Below, piece by piece: positions 36,741 to 49,132 of a DNA stretch of 64,000 nucleotides. The DNA comes from Macrostomum hystrix (Eukaryota > Animalia > Platyhelminthes). Made by a program: the position numbers and the translations under genes. The stretch is taken from assembly GCA_950097015.1 (NCBI GenBank), contig CATNEN010000007.1:7626001-7690000 (forward strand), written 5' to 3'. Within the stretch, counting starts at the first letter, position 1; every line of letters starts with the position of its first letter. A model generated the notes under the pieces. That model searched no databases. It had not been told where the DNA came from and saw only the letters and a list, made by a program, of their open reading frames with translations.

Positions 36741-36907
36741 TGCAAATCCTTCAGCTGTCCCATCTCATGTCCCATCCTTAGATCCTATTGGTATCCTCTG
36801 TCCCTTATGATACTATAATTTTCTGAATTCCCAATTATGATATTTTGCACATGAAATACATTATAAAATACAAAACGCAAATTTTCATCGCTTCACAAAG
36901 TCCGGAC

Positions 36908-39586
36908 ATGCACAGAGGCGACCTGTTCTACTCTGACGAGAGCGACGACACCGATGAAAGTCTGGAGATCGAACAACATGGCATCGAGTCCCTGCTGCAG
37001 CTTCTGTGAGTCGAATCGACCCTTATATTCGACTGAAAGTTGCCTAAATCTCCAAGGGATCCTTGACCCAAAGGGACCCATATCTCCAAGGGATCCTTGA
37101 CCCAAAGGGACCCATATCTCCAAGGGATCCTTGACCCAAATGGACCCGTATCTCCAAGGAGTCCTTGACCCAAAGGGACCCGTGAGTCACCTAGACTCAT
37201 CTCTCTGATTCATTTCCGGCTGACCCGCGAACTCACGCAGGTCCGGCCGCAGCACGGGTCACAACTACCAGTCGCGCACTCGCAATCGCTTGATCGACAA
37301 CCCGCCGCGCCTGTCTCCGGGCTTCGCCGACAGCCGTCTGCGGCACAGCGTCCATCGCCTGCTGTTAGACCAGAAGTGCCATAGAATTGGCTGCGGTGCC
37401 AACACCAGCGGTGACGGCGGTAGCGGCAGCGGCGACCGCAAGGCTGGCCTGTCTTCCTGTTTTCCTTTCAATGCCTGCACCTCGGCTGCGGCCGCCGCGA
37501 CAGCTGACGCGGCCGACTCGGCTAACAGAGGCGGTGGTGCTGTTGTTGGCGAAGGCGCCACGCCTCGAACCTCGGTGACGTCGGTGGCGCTGGACCGGTG
37601 CCTGGAGTTTAGTGCCAGGCAGCGCTACCATCTGGCGCACGCTCGCCTGCCCAACGCCAGCCGAGTCATGCTGAAGGGCCGCAGCTATTTCTTCTGCGGC
37701 CTTTTCTCCGAGCCAGGGGACGTGTTCATGTGCGCCGCCCAGGGCACCAACTCGCCAATCAAGGTGTTCGACACTCGTCAGGGAGGATTTCGGCTAATCA
37801 AATCTGTAAGCTCACTTTAAAATTCTGTCCAGAAATACCCCCCTTGCCTCTAGGCTTTCATTGAACTGTTTCTGTCGCCATTCCTAAGGTTCTTGCACGT
37901 GATGTCGGCTGGAGCGTTTTAGACCTGTCTCTGAGTCCTACTGGGCACCACCTGGTGTACAGCAGCTGGTCCCACTGCCTGCAGCTGGTTGGCATTCACT
38001 CGGATATGCACGAGCCACTCTCGCTGCTGAGCGCTGGCAACGCTGATGATGACGCCTATAGGTATATATGATCCAAGTTTTTAATCCAGAATCCTTCCAC
38101 TTGAATCCAGAATCCAGAATCTTTCTACCTGAATCCAGAATCCAGAATCTTTCTACCTGAATCCAGAATTCAGAATCTTTCTACCTGAATCCAGAATCCA
38201 GAATCTTTCTACCTGAATCCAGAATCCAGAATCCAGAATCTTTCTACCTGAATCCAGAATCCAGAATCCAGAATCCTTCTACCTGAATCCAGAATCCTAC
38301 TCCCTGAACTTATTAGTTAATCTTACGTACCATTGTTTTCTACCCGGCTCAGTCGGGGCATGTTCTGTCATCGCTGGTCCTCCTGTGGTGACCTGCTGGT
38401 AGTTGGCTGCAATGGCGGCTCCCTCTGCCTACTCGACATGACGATGCGCCGGCCGATGTGGTTCCGCGCCAGGCATCACAGAGATGTCAACACCGTCTGC
38501 TGGGCTGACGGCGGCCGCGGCTCCAATCTGCTTCTCAGCTCGGGCGACGATGGCCTCATAAAGTTGTGGGATCTGCGCTGCCTCCGCTCAACGCCAAACG
38601 CCCTGCCAGCTGCCATCTTCGGTGGCCACCGATCCGGCGTGGTCTACCTGGACAGCCGGCAGGACGGTGTGCACTTCCTTAGCAACAGCAAGGACCAGAC
38701 CATCAAGCTGTGGGATCTGCGCCTACCATCCGACAGTGGCTTCTTAAGGACCTTCCAAGATATTGTTGATTCGTGAGATCCTGCCTGTTCTACTGACAAT
38801 AGCATACAAAAATAGAGTACCTTCAAATAGACGTATTAATTGTTTGAATTTGAATTTAGAATTTGAATACCCAGGACCGCACAGAATATGTGCGTAGAGG
38901 CGTTTTACAGCAGAAAGACCCTGCTATAGGTAGGGGAAATGGGGAATGACCACGGGGTATTTCAAATACCCACTGCCTATGATGCCAACTTTTTATATTG
39001 GTGCGTTTTGCCACCGATGCCGATGTTTTGCGTTTCTGGGAGGTTTTTCATCGGATAGAGCGGGAAATTTTGGCCAGTGCTCTGGATTTTCATGGCGACT
39101 GGTTGAATATTTTTGGAAATACAGAAAAATGTGGCCATTTGAAGTACCCCGTGATCTTTCAACTATTAATCCAAGTAGTGTGCAAGGATTATTAAAAGTT
39201 CCATTTGTGCCAACCTTTTCCCCACTCCCTCCAGCAACCAGTTCGACTATCGCTATAACAATGTGCCGAGATTCGAACCCAATCCGATGGAGGGCGATCG
39301 CAGCCTGGCCACCCTGTCTGGTCACGTGGTGTCGCGCACCCTCCTGCGGGCCCGCTTCTCGCCGCAGGCCACGACCGGCCAGCGCTACGTGTACGCCGGC
39401 TCAGCCAATGGGGACTTGCTGACCTGGGACTGTTTGACTGGCCGCCTGCTGTCCCGCCTGCCCGGTGTCCATGGCAACGCCCCTGTGCGCGACGTTAGCT
39501 GGCATCCGTTCGACTCGCAGCGCCTGATGTCCGCCGGCTGGGACGCCAAGATCCGCTGCTCCTACTATCAGGCTCCCAGAGACTGA
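36908..39586 (+). CDS. DCAF11: DDB1- and CUL4-associated factor 11 (WDR23), WD40 protein; exons 36908-37005, 37241-37805, 37889-38061, 38353-38772, 39235-39586
   Basis: Motifs FCGLFS..GDVFMCAAQ, ARDVGWSVLD..LVYSSWS, DVNTVCWAD..SSGDDGLIKLWDLR, LSNSKDQTIKLWDLR, FDYRY, GHVVSRTLLRARFSPQATTGQRYVYAGS, VRDVSWHP. Intron phases 2, 0, 2, 2 are consistent. Confidence 0.95.
37048..37183. repeat. 34-bp intronic repeat x4 (DCAF11 intron 1)
   Basis: ATCTCCAAGGGATCCTTGACCCAAAGGGACCCAT units at 37048, 37082, 37116, 37150. Confidence 0.9.
38085..38297. repeat. Compound 7/28-bp intronic repeat (GAATCCA)n-TTTCTACCT (DCAF11 intron 3)
   Basis: Direct reading. Confidence 0.9.
38951..39153 (+). mobile_element. 203-bp MITE with 17-bp TIRs (CACGGGGTATTTCAAAT ... 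ATTTGAAGTACCCCGTG) in DCAF11 intron 4
   Basis: TIRs differ by one base. The interior is the reverse complement of 50788-50940 plus 51578-51607. No TSD is recognisable. Confidence 0.85.
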
Positions 39587-39736
39587 GGCGTGGGATCTGC
39601 TCCCCTATATCCCTGTCACTTCTGCGCCCCATTGCAGGATTGAATTTCTTGGCGTTTTAATCGCATCCATTGTGATCGATCTGTCCCGATAGCATTACTC
39701 ACAGTAGTGTTGTGTTGCTTGTATCAGCCCCTGTTA

Positions 39737-40105
39737 CTGTGAGACACTGGCCTTATCCATTGTGAGACACTGGCCTTATCCACTGTGAGACACTGGCCTT
39801 ATCCACTGTGAGACACTGGCCTTATCCACTGTGAGACACTGGCCTTATCCACTGTGAGACACTGGCCTTATCCACTGTGAGACACTGGCCTTATCCACTG
39901 TGAGACACTGGCCTTATCCACTGTGAGACACTGGCCTTATCCACTGTGAGACACTGGCCTTATCCACTGTGAGACACTGGCCTTATCCACTGTGAGACAC
40001 TGGCCTTATCCACTGTGAGACACTGGCCTTATCCACTGTGAGACACTGGCCTTATCCACTGTGAGACACTGGCCTTATCCACTGTGAGACACTGGCCTTA
40101 TCCAC
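39737..40105. repeat. 23-bp near-perfect minisatellite (ACTGTGAGACACTGGCCTTATCC) x16
   Basis: Tandem units starting 150 bp after the DCAF11 stop codon. Confidence 0.97.
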
Positions 40106-41089
40106 TTATTTGACTACAGTTCCTGTTAGTTTTTGTGTGCCTTTTAAAAGTTCTGTCGGAAAAACAATGCTGGGGTGGTTTTGTACAGCAATCAGTTTTG
40201 AATGTGTTTCTTATTAGATTTGCACCAATGCCTAGATGATTGTCCTGATAGTGGTTATTGTTTCAGTGTGTGCTGTACATTAACTTGCATACATACTAGC
40301 ACATGCTTTGTTAATAAATTAGTTACTACGAACGTACTATCGCAGATTTTTATGAATTTCTATTGTTATAGTCGTAAATTTGGCTATAAACTATTGAAAA
40401 GATTCGCTTTAATCCGTATTTTATGTTTAATTTGCTGATTGAGGATAACACATTTTATCTGTCTATTTTAGTTGCTCATATTTTTTCGTCATGCAATAAT
40501 GCTGCAGCAGCGGCGGCAAGGGAGCTCACACGCGTCAAGCACTCAACGTGCTTGAAATCGATTGGTCAATAAAAATTTTAAGTTGCTTTGTTAATTCATC
40601 GTGTTTTACGCATTGTTGCATGAAGCATAAGTTTTTAACTTGAAATATATTTTTAGAGCACAAAAATTGTCTCTGTAATTAACCCTACTATTAGTAGCGC
40701 TATAAGTAGCTGAAGCTCTATTTGCGTGCCCGGTCTTTTAGTGGACCAGAATCCCCAATTTGTGTCCACTATTTTTCTGCGCTGGCGTGTGTTCTTTTGG
40801 TTAGGCGATTCGCTTTTTTCCTTTTTTGTATTTTTCTGTCCCAGATCATTTCCCATTTCTTCCCGCTACTGATCTTCCCGCAGATTCAAATTACCAGATT
40901 ATCTGCTGCGTTATTTTGAAATTAATTACTGCGATTATAGAAATTTCTAGATTTCAAGTGAGCTGGGGTTTTGTTTCATCTTTCCTTTGTTTCATGTTTC
41001 ATCTCCCACCGTCTTTCCCCCAGCTCTCCCCCACACTCCCATTCTCAATCCATCACTCTCCGACACTGTTTACATCCACTTCAGCCTGT

Positions 41090-41470
41090 ACGTCTCTCTC
41101 ACTCCCTCTCCTTCTGTCTCTCTCCCTGTCTCTCCCCCTCTGCCTCTTCCTCTCCCTGTCTCTCCCTGTCTCACCCTCTGTCTCACCCTCTGTCTCTCCC
41201 TCTCCCTGTCTCTCCCTGTCTCTCCCTCTGTCTCACCCTCTGTCTCACCCTCCCCCTGTCTCACCCTCCCTCTGTCTCTCCCTCTGTCTCTCCCTCTGTC
41301 TAACCCTCCCCCTGTCTCACCCTCCCTGTCTCTCCCTCTGTCTCACCCTCCCCATGTCTCACCCTTCCTCTGTCTCTCCCTCCCTCCGTCTCACCCTCCA
41401 TATGTCCCTCTCGGTCCTTTTCTCTTCCTCGTCCCTTTCTACTCTCCATCTTTCACCATCTTCCTATTTC
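41090..41470. repeat. Pyrimidine-rich degenerate repeat (TGTCTC[T/A]CCCTC)n
   Basis: Low-complexity C/T tract. Confidence 0.9.
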
Positions 41471-44446
41471 TCTTGAAATTAAGCAGCAGGAACTGGCGAG
41501 TTTTCATTTGCACCCAAGGTTAATCCGATCGCAGTTACGGGCCCGCGGGCAAGCCTGACTGTGTGCATCTCTATAGAAACGAGATTCTAGTTAACAAGCG
41601 CTTCTCAGAAGTGCATCTTAACTCAATTAAGTCTTGCCGAAACCGGTTTCTAGCCAATCTGGGCAAGCCTGCTTGTGTGTGAGAACTGCTGCCCGTAATT
41701 CACCTTGACTCATCGGGATCACGTTGGAAATTTAAGCAGGTCGCATTCCAGAAAATTGCCTAGTTTCAAATCAATAAATTTTGTTTCGTTAAATGACGGC
41801 CTCTGTTTGATAACGCTGTGTTTGCCGTTTTTATGTATTTTCTGTTTTTGTATAAATGCGAAATGCAGAGCCTATTTTTCGCAAAAAATGATACATAAAA
41901 TTCAATTGAGCCTTTTATCTGATTCATTTGAGTTGAGGCTTTTGTCAGCTCATTTCATAGCCTTTAGCTGCTGCGAGTTGACCGACTCTATTTCTCCTTC
42001 ATAAGTCTGGATTAGCCGGCATTGCTTGAGGCGGAGTCTTATCAGGCCGAAAGACTAGCTGATTTCCTGCAGCATCACCTGACCCCGCCTCGCTAGGGGG
42101 TAATGGGATTTTTGTGGAAATTGTGGCGCCGGATCTGACCGACTTGATATTTTTAGAGACGCCTGCAGAGAAGAGAAGAGGCCGCACACCGATTCGCCTT
42201 TGTTTTCCTGCTCTGCTTTTGCCGGATTTGCTTCTCGAAATTGGATAATGCAGCTGCGACTTCAAAAGCCCCCCTACACACTGCGCCCTCCCGTGTCTCT
42301 CCAAGCGCCATAGCCAGGTGCTGCACTGTACATGGCCAATGACCCTCCGACAAAGCGTGTACGTGGTCCGGTCCCGCTAGGAGAAGGCAGGAGGAGAGAA
42401 ATAAGTGAGAGGCGGGTTCGGCGGCCAGACTGCAAAGAATGCAGGCGCAGAGAAACTGCTTAGAAAACCGGTTTCGGGCCGGTCCAGGGTCGGATGGGTG
42501 GGCGCCGGCAGAGGGGAGGGCGGGAGAGAGTGGCGCGGCTGTCCAACACAGCCGACTGTGTCTGCTCCCTGGTGTGTCGCAGGAGCACTGAGTAGCAGTA
42601 GAGCTGCACGCATGCGGCCAAGCCGTGTCTATGTTTTGTTTCTGATTTTCACTGGCAGCTTGGTGGGGTGGGTGGACTCAGGCCGAGCCGGTTGAATAGA
42701 AGAATCGCTCTGCCTGGCTTCCGGTTTATCGAATTGTTCAACCTGTTTCTCAGTCCCGATTAGAGATTTGGAATGAAGTACTGGCTCAAATGATTCGCCT
42801 TGCTCACTGCTCGAATGGGGATAAGGGATTAAAGGGGAAGAGGGAGGAGCAGAGATAGTCGCCCGAAGACCAAGCAAACTGCCTTAATCCGGATTTCGCC
42901 AGTTTGATGATATTTCATTTAATAAAATATTACTAATTCTCGGGATCAGAATTTACCGGGATGCTGTTCTTACCCGGGATTTTCATTCCATAATCCTGGG
43001 AATTGTCCCGACTATGAAAATTGGACATAAATCGCATCAAGAAATTCGTTGTGCAAACGTAGAAAACATGAAGACAATTTTCCCTAATTTCCCAGATTAT
43101 TTTCCCAGAATTTTCCGGGGGGTAGGGGGTCGGGAAATTGCAATCCCAAGCTGTGAGATTCCTGTGCCTGATTTTCCACAAAGTTTTCTTACCAAGTTAT
43201 CGCCGAGACCAGGTTTCTAAGAATTAAAGCCATCGAGCTGCATGAAATGAACTGAACAGTCCATGTTTGTTTGACCTTAAAACTATTTGCACTTTGTGTT
43301 AGCCAGCGCTCTCCTTCCCCGTGCACTTTCGCTCCGCGCGCCGGTCAGCTGACCTTTGTTCTTATGGCGCCAAGTGCGCTGGTGGAAACGACCGTCTTCC
43401 CCTCTCCCTCTCACCGAAGGGTTTCCCAATCAGAGCTGCAGTGGGAGTTGGCTAAAGTGCACTTCGATGGGATTACAGCATTTTATGGGAAGTCTCGCAC
43501 CCAGCCTGCGGGCCAGGCCAAGCCAAAGTCTGACATTTCATATCCCCCCAGTGCGTGACCGTGAGGCCGCGGGCCCTTCAAATGAACCTGTCTGCGCCGA
43601 TCTGATGGCGATGCGGCTCCTATCAAGCACGCGTATCGAAGGATCCAGCTCGTAGCAATTCCTACTGTCTATTAGGGAAATGCATTGTTCTTGGCTACCA
43701 AAGGCAAGGCACCCCAAAGCAATCGTATTTCGCCAGTGACAGGGCTCGGCATTGCCGAGTAATTTTCTCAACTGCAAACTGTCCCATCTCTTTGGTTGGG
43801 CTAAAAGTGCAAGCAAGCGCGCTCTCACTGGCATCAGGCCGGAGAGATGGTCTAGCTGCCACCCGCCACCCCAGCATGCACTGCACGTCTGAATATCAGA
43901 GGATAAAAAAGGGGAAGAGAGGAGGCTCTAAAAGTGCTTCAGCACTCGAGTACATTTGAGCAAGAGAACGATAATGAGAGAATGGAAGAGGGCAGCTCGG
44001 GCCACGCACGCTGCGCGTCCTTGACAAGTCCAAACAGTCCACCACCCTCCGCCATTAGACACAGCCTGGCCTCACGCCATTCCGGCCCTGTCTCCACCGG
44101 CCCACCCCCTCCATTACTCACGCTGCCGGCAACCCCGCGTCAAGGCCCTTGCCCAGTCTCGCCATTGGCCGGCGTGTTTCGCACGGCCGTTTGGGGGCCG
44201 CCACCCCAGCTAGCCAGCCAGCCAGTTCAGCCAGTTCAGCCGCGGCCTGCATGCGTATATACACAATTGCAGGGGCCACACTGGCTGGCCGTCAAACACG
44301 AAACCCGTTTAGCCTTCCTGGCCTTGCCCGAGCCTCTGCCTGTCAGGCGGGCTTTCCGTTGCTAAAAACTTTACGAGGGGGGCAATCCCTGACCAGCGCA
44401 AGAATTACTCTATTAACTTTGAAGGTTAAATACACACACGCTAGCT

Positions 44447-46791
44447 ATGTGGGACAGCGATCAGAACAGGTAAGTTAACTGCCGCCTGAGCTTCATTATT
44501 ACCTTGCTATCATTGGTTATTATGCTTATTAGCGCAAGTAATTTGTACACAACTTTTATGACTGGCAGCTTCGAAGAGGAACTGGAAGAAGTCAATCCAG
44601 AAGATGTCTATTGGCCAGGGCGGCAGCAGCAGCAGCAGCATCAGCACCAGCACCAGCACCAGCAGCAGCACCAGCATCAGCACCAGCATCAGCATCAGCA
44701 TCAGCACCAGCACCAGCATCGGCACCAGCAGCAGCAGGCAGTCAGACGAAGCCGTCAGCCGGTGTTGTCTGGTGACGCCGAGTGCCTGGTCTGCCACCTG
44801 GCCGCCTCGGGCAACAATTTCGGCGTGGCCACCTGCGAGTCCTGCAAGACCTTCTTTAGGCGCAACGCCAAGCGAGAGGTGAGCTGACTGACCGAGTGAT
44901 TGATAGGTCGGTAAAGCGTTTCACTCGTTTCAATTGGCGTTACTTTTTTGTCTTCCCAGCCGTCGCAGATTCGCTGCCTGCACTACAACAACTGCAACGT
45001 GTCTCGGGAGTTCCGGCGCTCCTGCACCGCCTGCCGGCTGCGGAAGTGCTTCGCCGTCGGCATGCGCAAAGAGCTCATCCTTTGTGAGTGCGGGCTTGCC
45101 ATCAGCGGCTTTCCAGGGCTTTTCATGGCTCTCTGACCCTACCAGTCTGTCTACTCTGACCCTACCAGTCTGTCTACTCTGACCCTACCAGTCTGTCTAC
45201 TCTGACCCTACCAGTCTGTCTACTCTGACCCTACCAGTCTGTCTACTCTGACCCTACCAGTCTGTCTACTCTGACCCTACCAGTCTGTCTACTCTGACCC
45301 TACCAGTCTGTCTACTCTGACCCTACCAGTCTGTCTACTCTGACCCTACCAGTCTGTCTACTCTAATCCTACCAGTCTGTCTACTCTGACCCTACCAGTC
45401 TGTCTACTCTGACCCTACCAGTCTGTGTACTCTGACCCTACCAATCGGTCACCTCTGACCCTACCAATCTGTCTACTCTGACACGACCAATCTGTCTACT
45501 CTACTTTACGACTCCCTACTGTTTACACAGCCGACGAGAAACTGCGCAGCCGCGCCCGGCCCACCTTCAAGAAGCCGCGCTACCGCTGGTGCCGAATCCC
45601 TGCCAGCGTCGATATCAACCAGCTGCTGTCCGCCCTGCCCGGCAGCTCCGCCGGCAGCTTCAGCGGCAGCCGCAGCAGCATCAGCGACGACGCCGCGCCG
45701 TCAGTGTCCGGCAGGCGCCAATCGCCGCTCTCACAGCCGCTGCGAGTCAAGATGGAAGCCGCCGACTTTGTCGACGAGGAGCCGCTGCTGGCGGCCCTGC
45801 CGCGGACTGAGGCCGACGAAGAAGAGCTTGACGATGAGGAAATTGAAGAAGAAGAGGACGGCAGCGAGGCGGAGTTCAGCCCCGAGGCTCCCCAAAGTCG
45901 GCAGCTGGAGGCCAGCCCCACAATCCGCAAGCTGCTCGGCTGTGTCAGCGAGTACCTCGAGCCGCAGGATCACAAATCAGCTGGCGCCCTGCTGATGAAG
46001 ATTTTCTACCTGGAGGACGGCTTCGCCTGCATGGACAATCCGATCCGCAAGATGATCCGCCTGATCCCGCACCTGCCCTATTTCGACCAGCTGGACAAGG
46101 CGCTGCTTGGCCGGATTGTCAAGGTTAGTTACTTTAAGATTCAGTGCCGTGTGTAATGGATACATAATGCAGGCCTTTGGACAACGGCTGAACTGAAAAC
46201 TTTCCGGACCCGCAGATGCGTGTCTTCGGCGCCCTGCAGATCATGAGCCTATTGAACTACGATTCGGGTCGCGACGCCTGGGTTTACCCCATAGATACCC
46301 ACGGCGGGCCCGGTAATGAGGAGGCGGTCATCCCGACCAGGGAGGGCGTCTACGGCACTTTCATGTGCTTGACCAAGCGCTGCCTGCTTGACGGCCGAAC
46401 CCTGTACACACCAGCCGATGTGGAGCGCATGTACAGCGTCCTGACCAGCTTCTACCGCGAGATGCGGCGCCTGTTTGGCGACCGCTGCCACCTGGCCGCC
46501 GTGGTGCTCATGGCGCTCTACCTGCTTGAGGAGGACGTGCCGCTTGGCCTCAGCGAGGCCGAGAAGGTCATCCTGCGCCAGGTGCAGTGGCACTACCTCG
46601 CCTACCTGGACGATGTCGCCGCCGCCGCAGCCGGCTGTGAACCGGAAGGCCGAGTGCTTGGCTACACAGGCAAGAAGGCCCTGCTGCTGCTGCTGAAGAT
46701 TCGCTGGCTGGACACCTGCTACAGCGACGCCGCCAAGGCGCTGCAGGTCGCCCGGGTGCCGCCGCTAATGCAGGAACTCGTGACGGACTGA
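44447..46791 (+). CDS. HR96: Nuclear receptor, NR1J/HR96/DAF-12-like; exons 44447-44469, 44569-44878, 44960-45083, 45531-46123, 46216-46791
   Basis: C4 zinc fingers CLVC..NFGVATCESCKTFFRRNA | CLHYNNC..RRSCTACRLRKCFAVGMRKELILSDE; ESCK-type P-box; divergent LBD ending in AF-2-like PPLMQELV. Phases 2, 0, 1, 0 are consistent. The first micro-exon is less certain. Confidence 0.85.
45131..45505. repeat. 23-bp intronic minisatellite (CTGACCCTACCAGTCTGTCTACT) x~16, filling most of nuclear receptor intron 3
   Basis: Tandem units. Confidence 0.97.
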
Positions 46792-48388
46792 GGCTTCTCT
46801 TGAGCTCCTACGGCTCGATTCATCCAAAGTAGGGCTACTTTTGGATGCCAACAGCAAAAATATGGCTTAGGACTCGGTCTAAAGAAGCTCTTTTGTGTTG
46901 CTGTTCCCTACCCAATTTTACCGACTGCCCCCCACTCGCTGCCCTGTCCTGGGTGACAAAAGGAACTGTTATTTTTGGCGGTTTCTTTCCGTTCGATTCA
47001 ATCAATGTTGTAAGCTTGCAGGCTTTCCTTTCTTCGTCAGTCGAGCAGCCGTGGGCAGCCGGGGTGGGGATTCGGGCGTGCATTTCTGCCAACCCGCGAC
47101 TGCGCGTTCAGCACTGATGCTGCACTGTTATCTAGATATATTTATTTAATTGTACTTTTATGCGTCTCTCACAATTAAGCACAGAGCAATATGTACATAT
47201 TTTATTATCTTGCTTATGAGACATCGACTGCCTAAATCAATGATTTCCATAGAAACAAATCCAATCAAAATATCGTTAACTGAATGTACATCGCTTGCCA
47301 GCCAACCTCCGCGGGCGGGACTGTGCCATGTACAATCGGGGATAGGATGTACATTCGCTTGCTGAAGTCCGCTTCTTCGAGCGAGCCTATCAGGCCAGAC
47401 CTGGACAGAAACAAATCCACACCCTGGCTTATTTGGCTGGGTGTTCCAGGAATCGAAATCATTGATTGCGCTGCACGGCTTGCCTGTTGGATATCTGTAA
47501 TTCTTGGATTCTTAGCACAGCTAAATGCTTATTGTTACCTCCTATGCTTTGCATAACTAGCGAGATAGAAATTCAACATCCTTTGTTTGAAAGAGGAATT
47601 CTGATTTTATAAAATCGTTGATTCTTTTCACTCGCTTTTCGGCATAAAATTTGTTGTTTTGTTTCCTATTTTGAACCGCTGCGTGATTCTTTCTGAGAAA
47701 TCTCCTTTGTCTCGTGTGCCACTGAGCACTTCTGTGCGCTTTACAACTGTGTTTTTTGTCGCATCAGATTCCGCATGTGCTGCAATGCTAGCCCTGTCAA
47801 CCTGTTAAGAACTATAAAACTCATTGTGTTTTTTGGCACTTTAATCCCCCTTTGGAGGGCGGAGCTGATGCTCGCTGTGCAAATATATGCATACACAATT
47901 ATTGTATTGCGTGCCTTTCGCCATCAACTGAGCAAATCAATTTAGCAATTGCTTGCCCTTACTGACTTGAGTCTCTGCACTTTGCTAAACTGTTCAATCT
48001 AGGAGCAGCCGGTGCGTGGCACGAACTGGCATGGCCGCGCTCTGAGTAAGGTCAAAGAGCGACTCAAGCGATTGTATTCAAGAGTTTTCAAACTGGAGCG
48101 GAGTAGCTATCAGCATATCAATAGCACAACTCAGCTACGGAATATTCCATGAGTATTGGGCCACAGGGTGCACGAGATTAGAGCCGGTAGAGCGTACTGC
48201 TAATCGCTTGTACTTTTAGTGACATCGGCCTGATTTTGGCAACGGAATCCCCCAGACTTCGGACTTTCCTGGGCTATTTTTAGAAGAGTTTGCGGACGAA
48301 TTAGTGACCGGCGTCAATAAATTTCAAACTTGTAGACAATACGGGTTCTCCAAGGCTTTTAACAGGTCCAACGATACAGTGAGCGTTA

Positions 48389-49132
48389 GATCCACTGAGA
48401 CATCATGAAGGATTCATCAGTGATCCACTGAGACATCATGAAGGATTCATCAGCGATCCACTGAGACATCATGAAGGATTCATCAGCGATCCACTGAGAC
48501 ATCATGAAGGATTCATCAGCGATCCACTGAGACATGAAGGATTCATCGGTGATCTACTGAGACATCATGAAGGATTCATCAGCGATTCACTGAGACATCA
48601 TGAAGGATTCATCAGCGATCCACTGAGACATCATGAAGGATTCATCAGCGATCCACTGAGACATCATGAAGGATTCATCAGTGATTCACTATGACATCAT
48701 GAAGGATTCATCAGCGATTCACTGAGACATCATGAAGGATTCATCAGTGATCTACTGAGACATCATGAAGGATTCATCAGTGATTCACTGAGACATCATG
48801 AAGGATTCATCAGCGATCCACTGAGACATCATGAAGGATTCATCAGCGATTCACTGAGACATCATGAAGGATTCATCAGCGATTCACTGAGACATCATGA
48901 AGGATTCATCAGCGATTCACTGAGACGTCATGAAGGATTCATCAGTGATTCACTGAGACATCATGAAGGATTCATCAGCGATCCACTGAGACATCATGAA
49001 GGATTCATCAGCGATCCACTGAGACATCATGAAGGATTCATCAGCGATTCACTGAGACATCATGAAGGATTCATCAGTGATTCACTGAGACATCATGAAG
49101 GATTCATCAGCGATCTACTGAGACATCATGAA
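48389..49132. repeat. 33-bp minisatellite (GAT[C/T]CACTGAGACATCATGAAGGATTCATCAG[C/T]) x~22 between convergent genes
   Basis: Tandem units; one unit near 48530 has a 3-bp deletion. Confidence 0.97.

Noticed and set aside
35580-36818. 377-aa and 358-aa ORFs on both strands
   Set aside because: Artefacts of a stop-free 30-bp minisatellite; no true start or splice context.
40826-41523. 216-aa and 178-aa Ser/Pro/Leu-rich ORFs
   Set aside because: Translation of a pyrimidine-rich low-complexity repeat.
48389-49132. 33-bp palindromic repeat as a CRISPR array
   Set aside because: Units are head-to-tail with no unique spacers.
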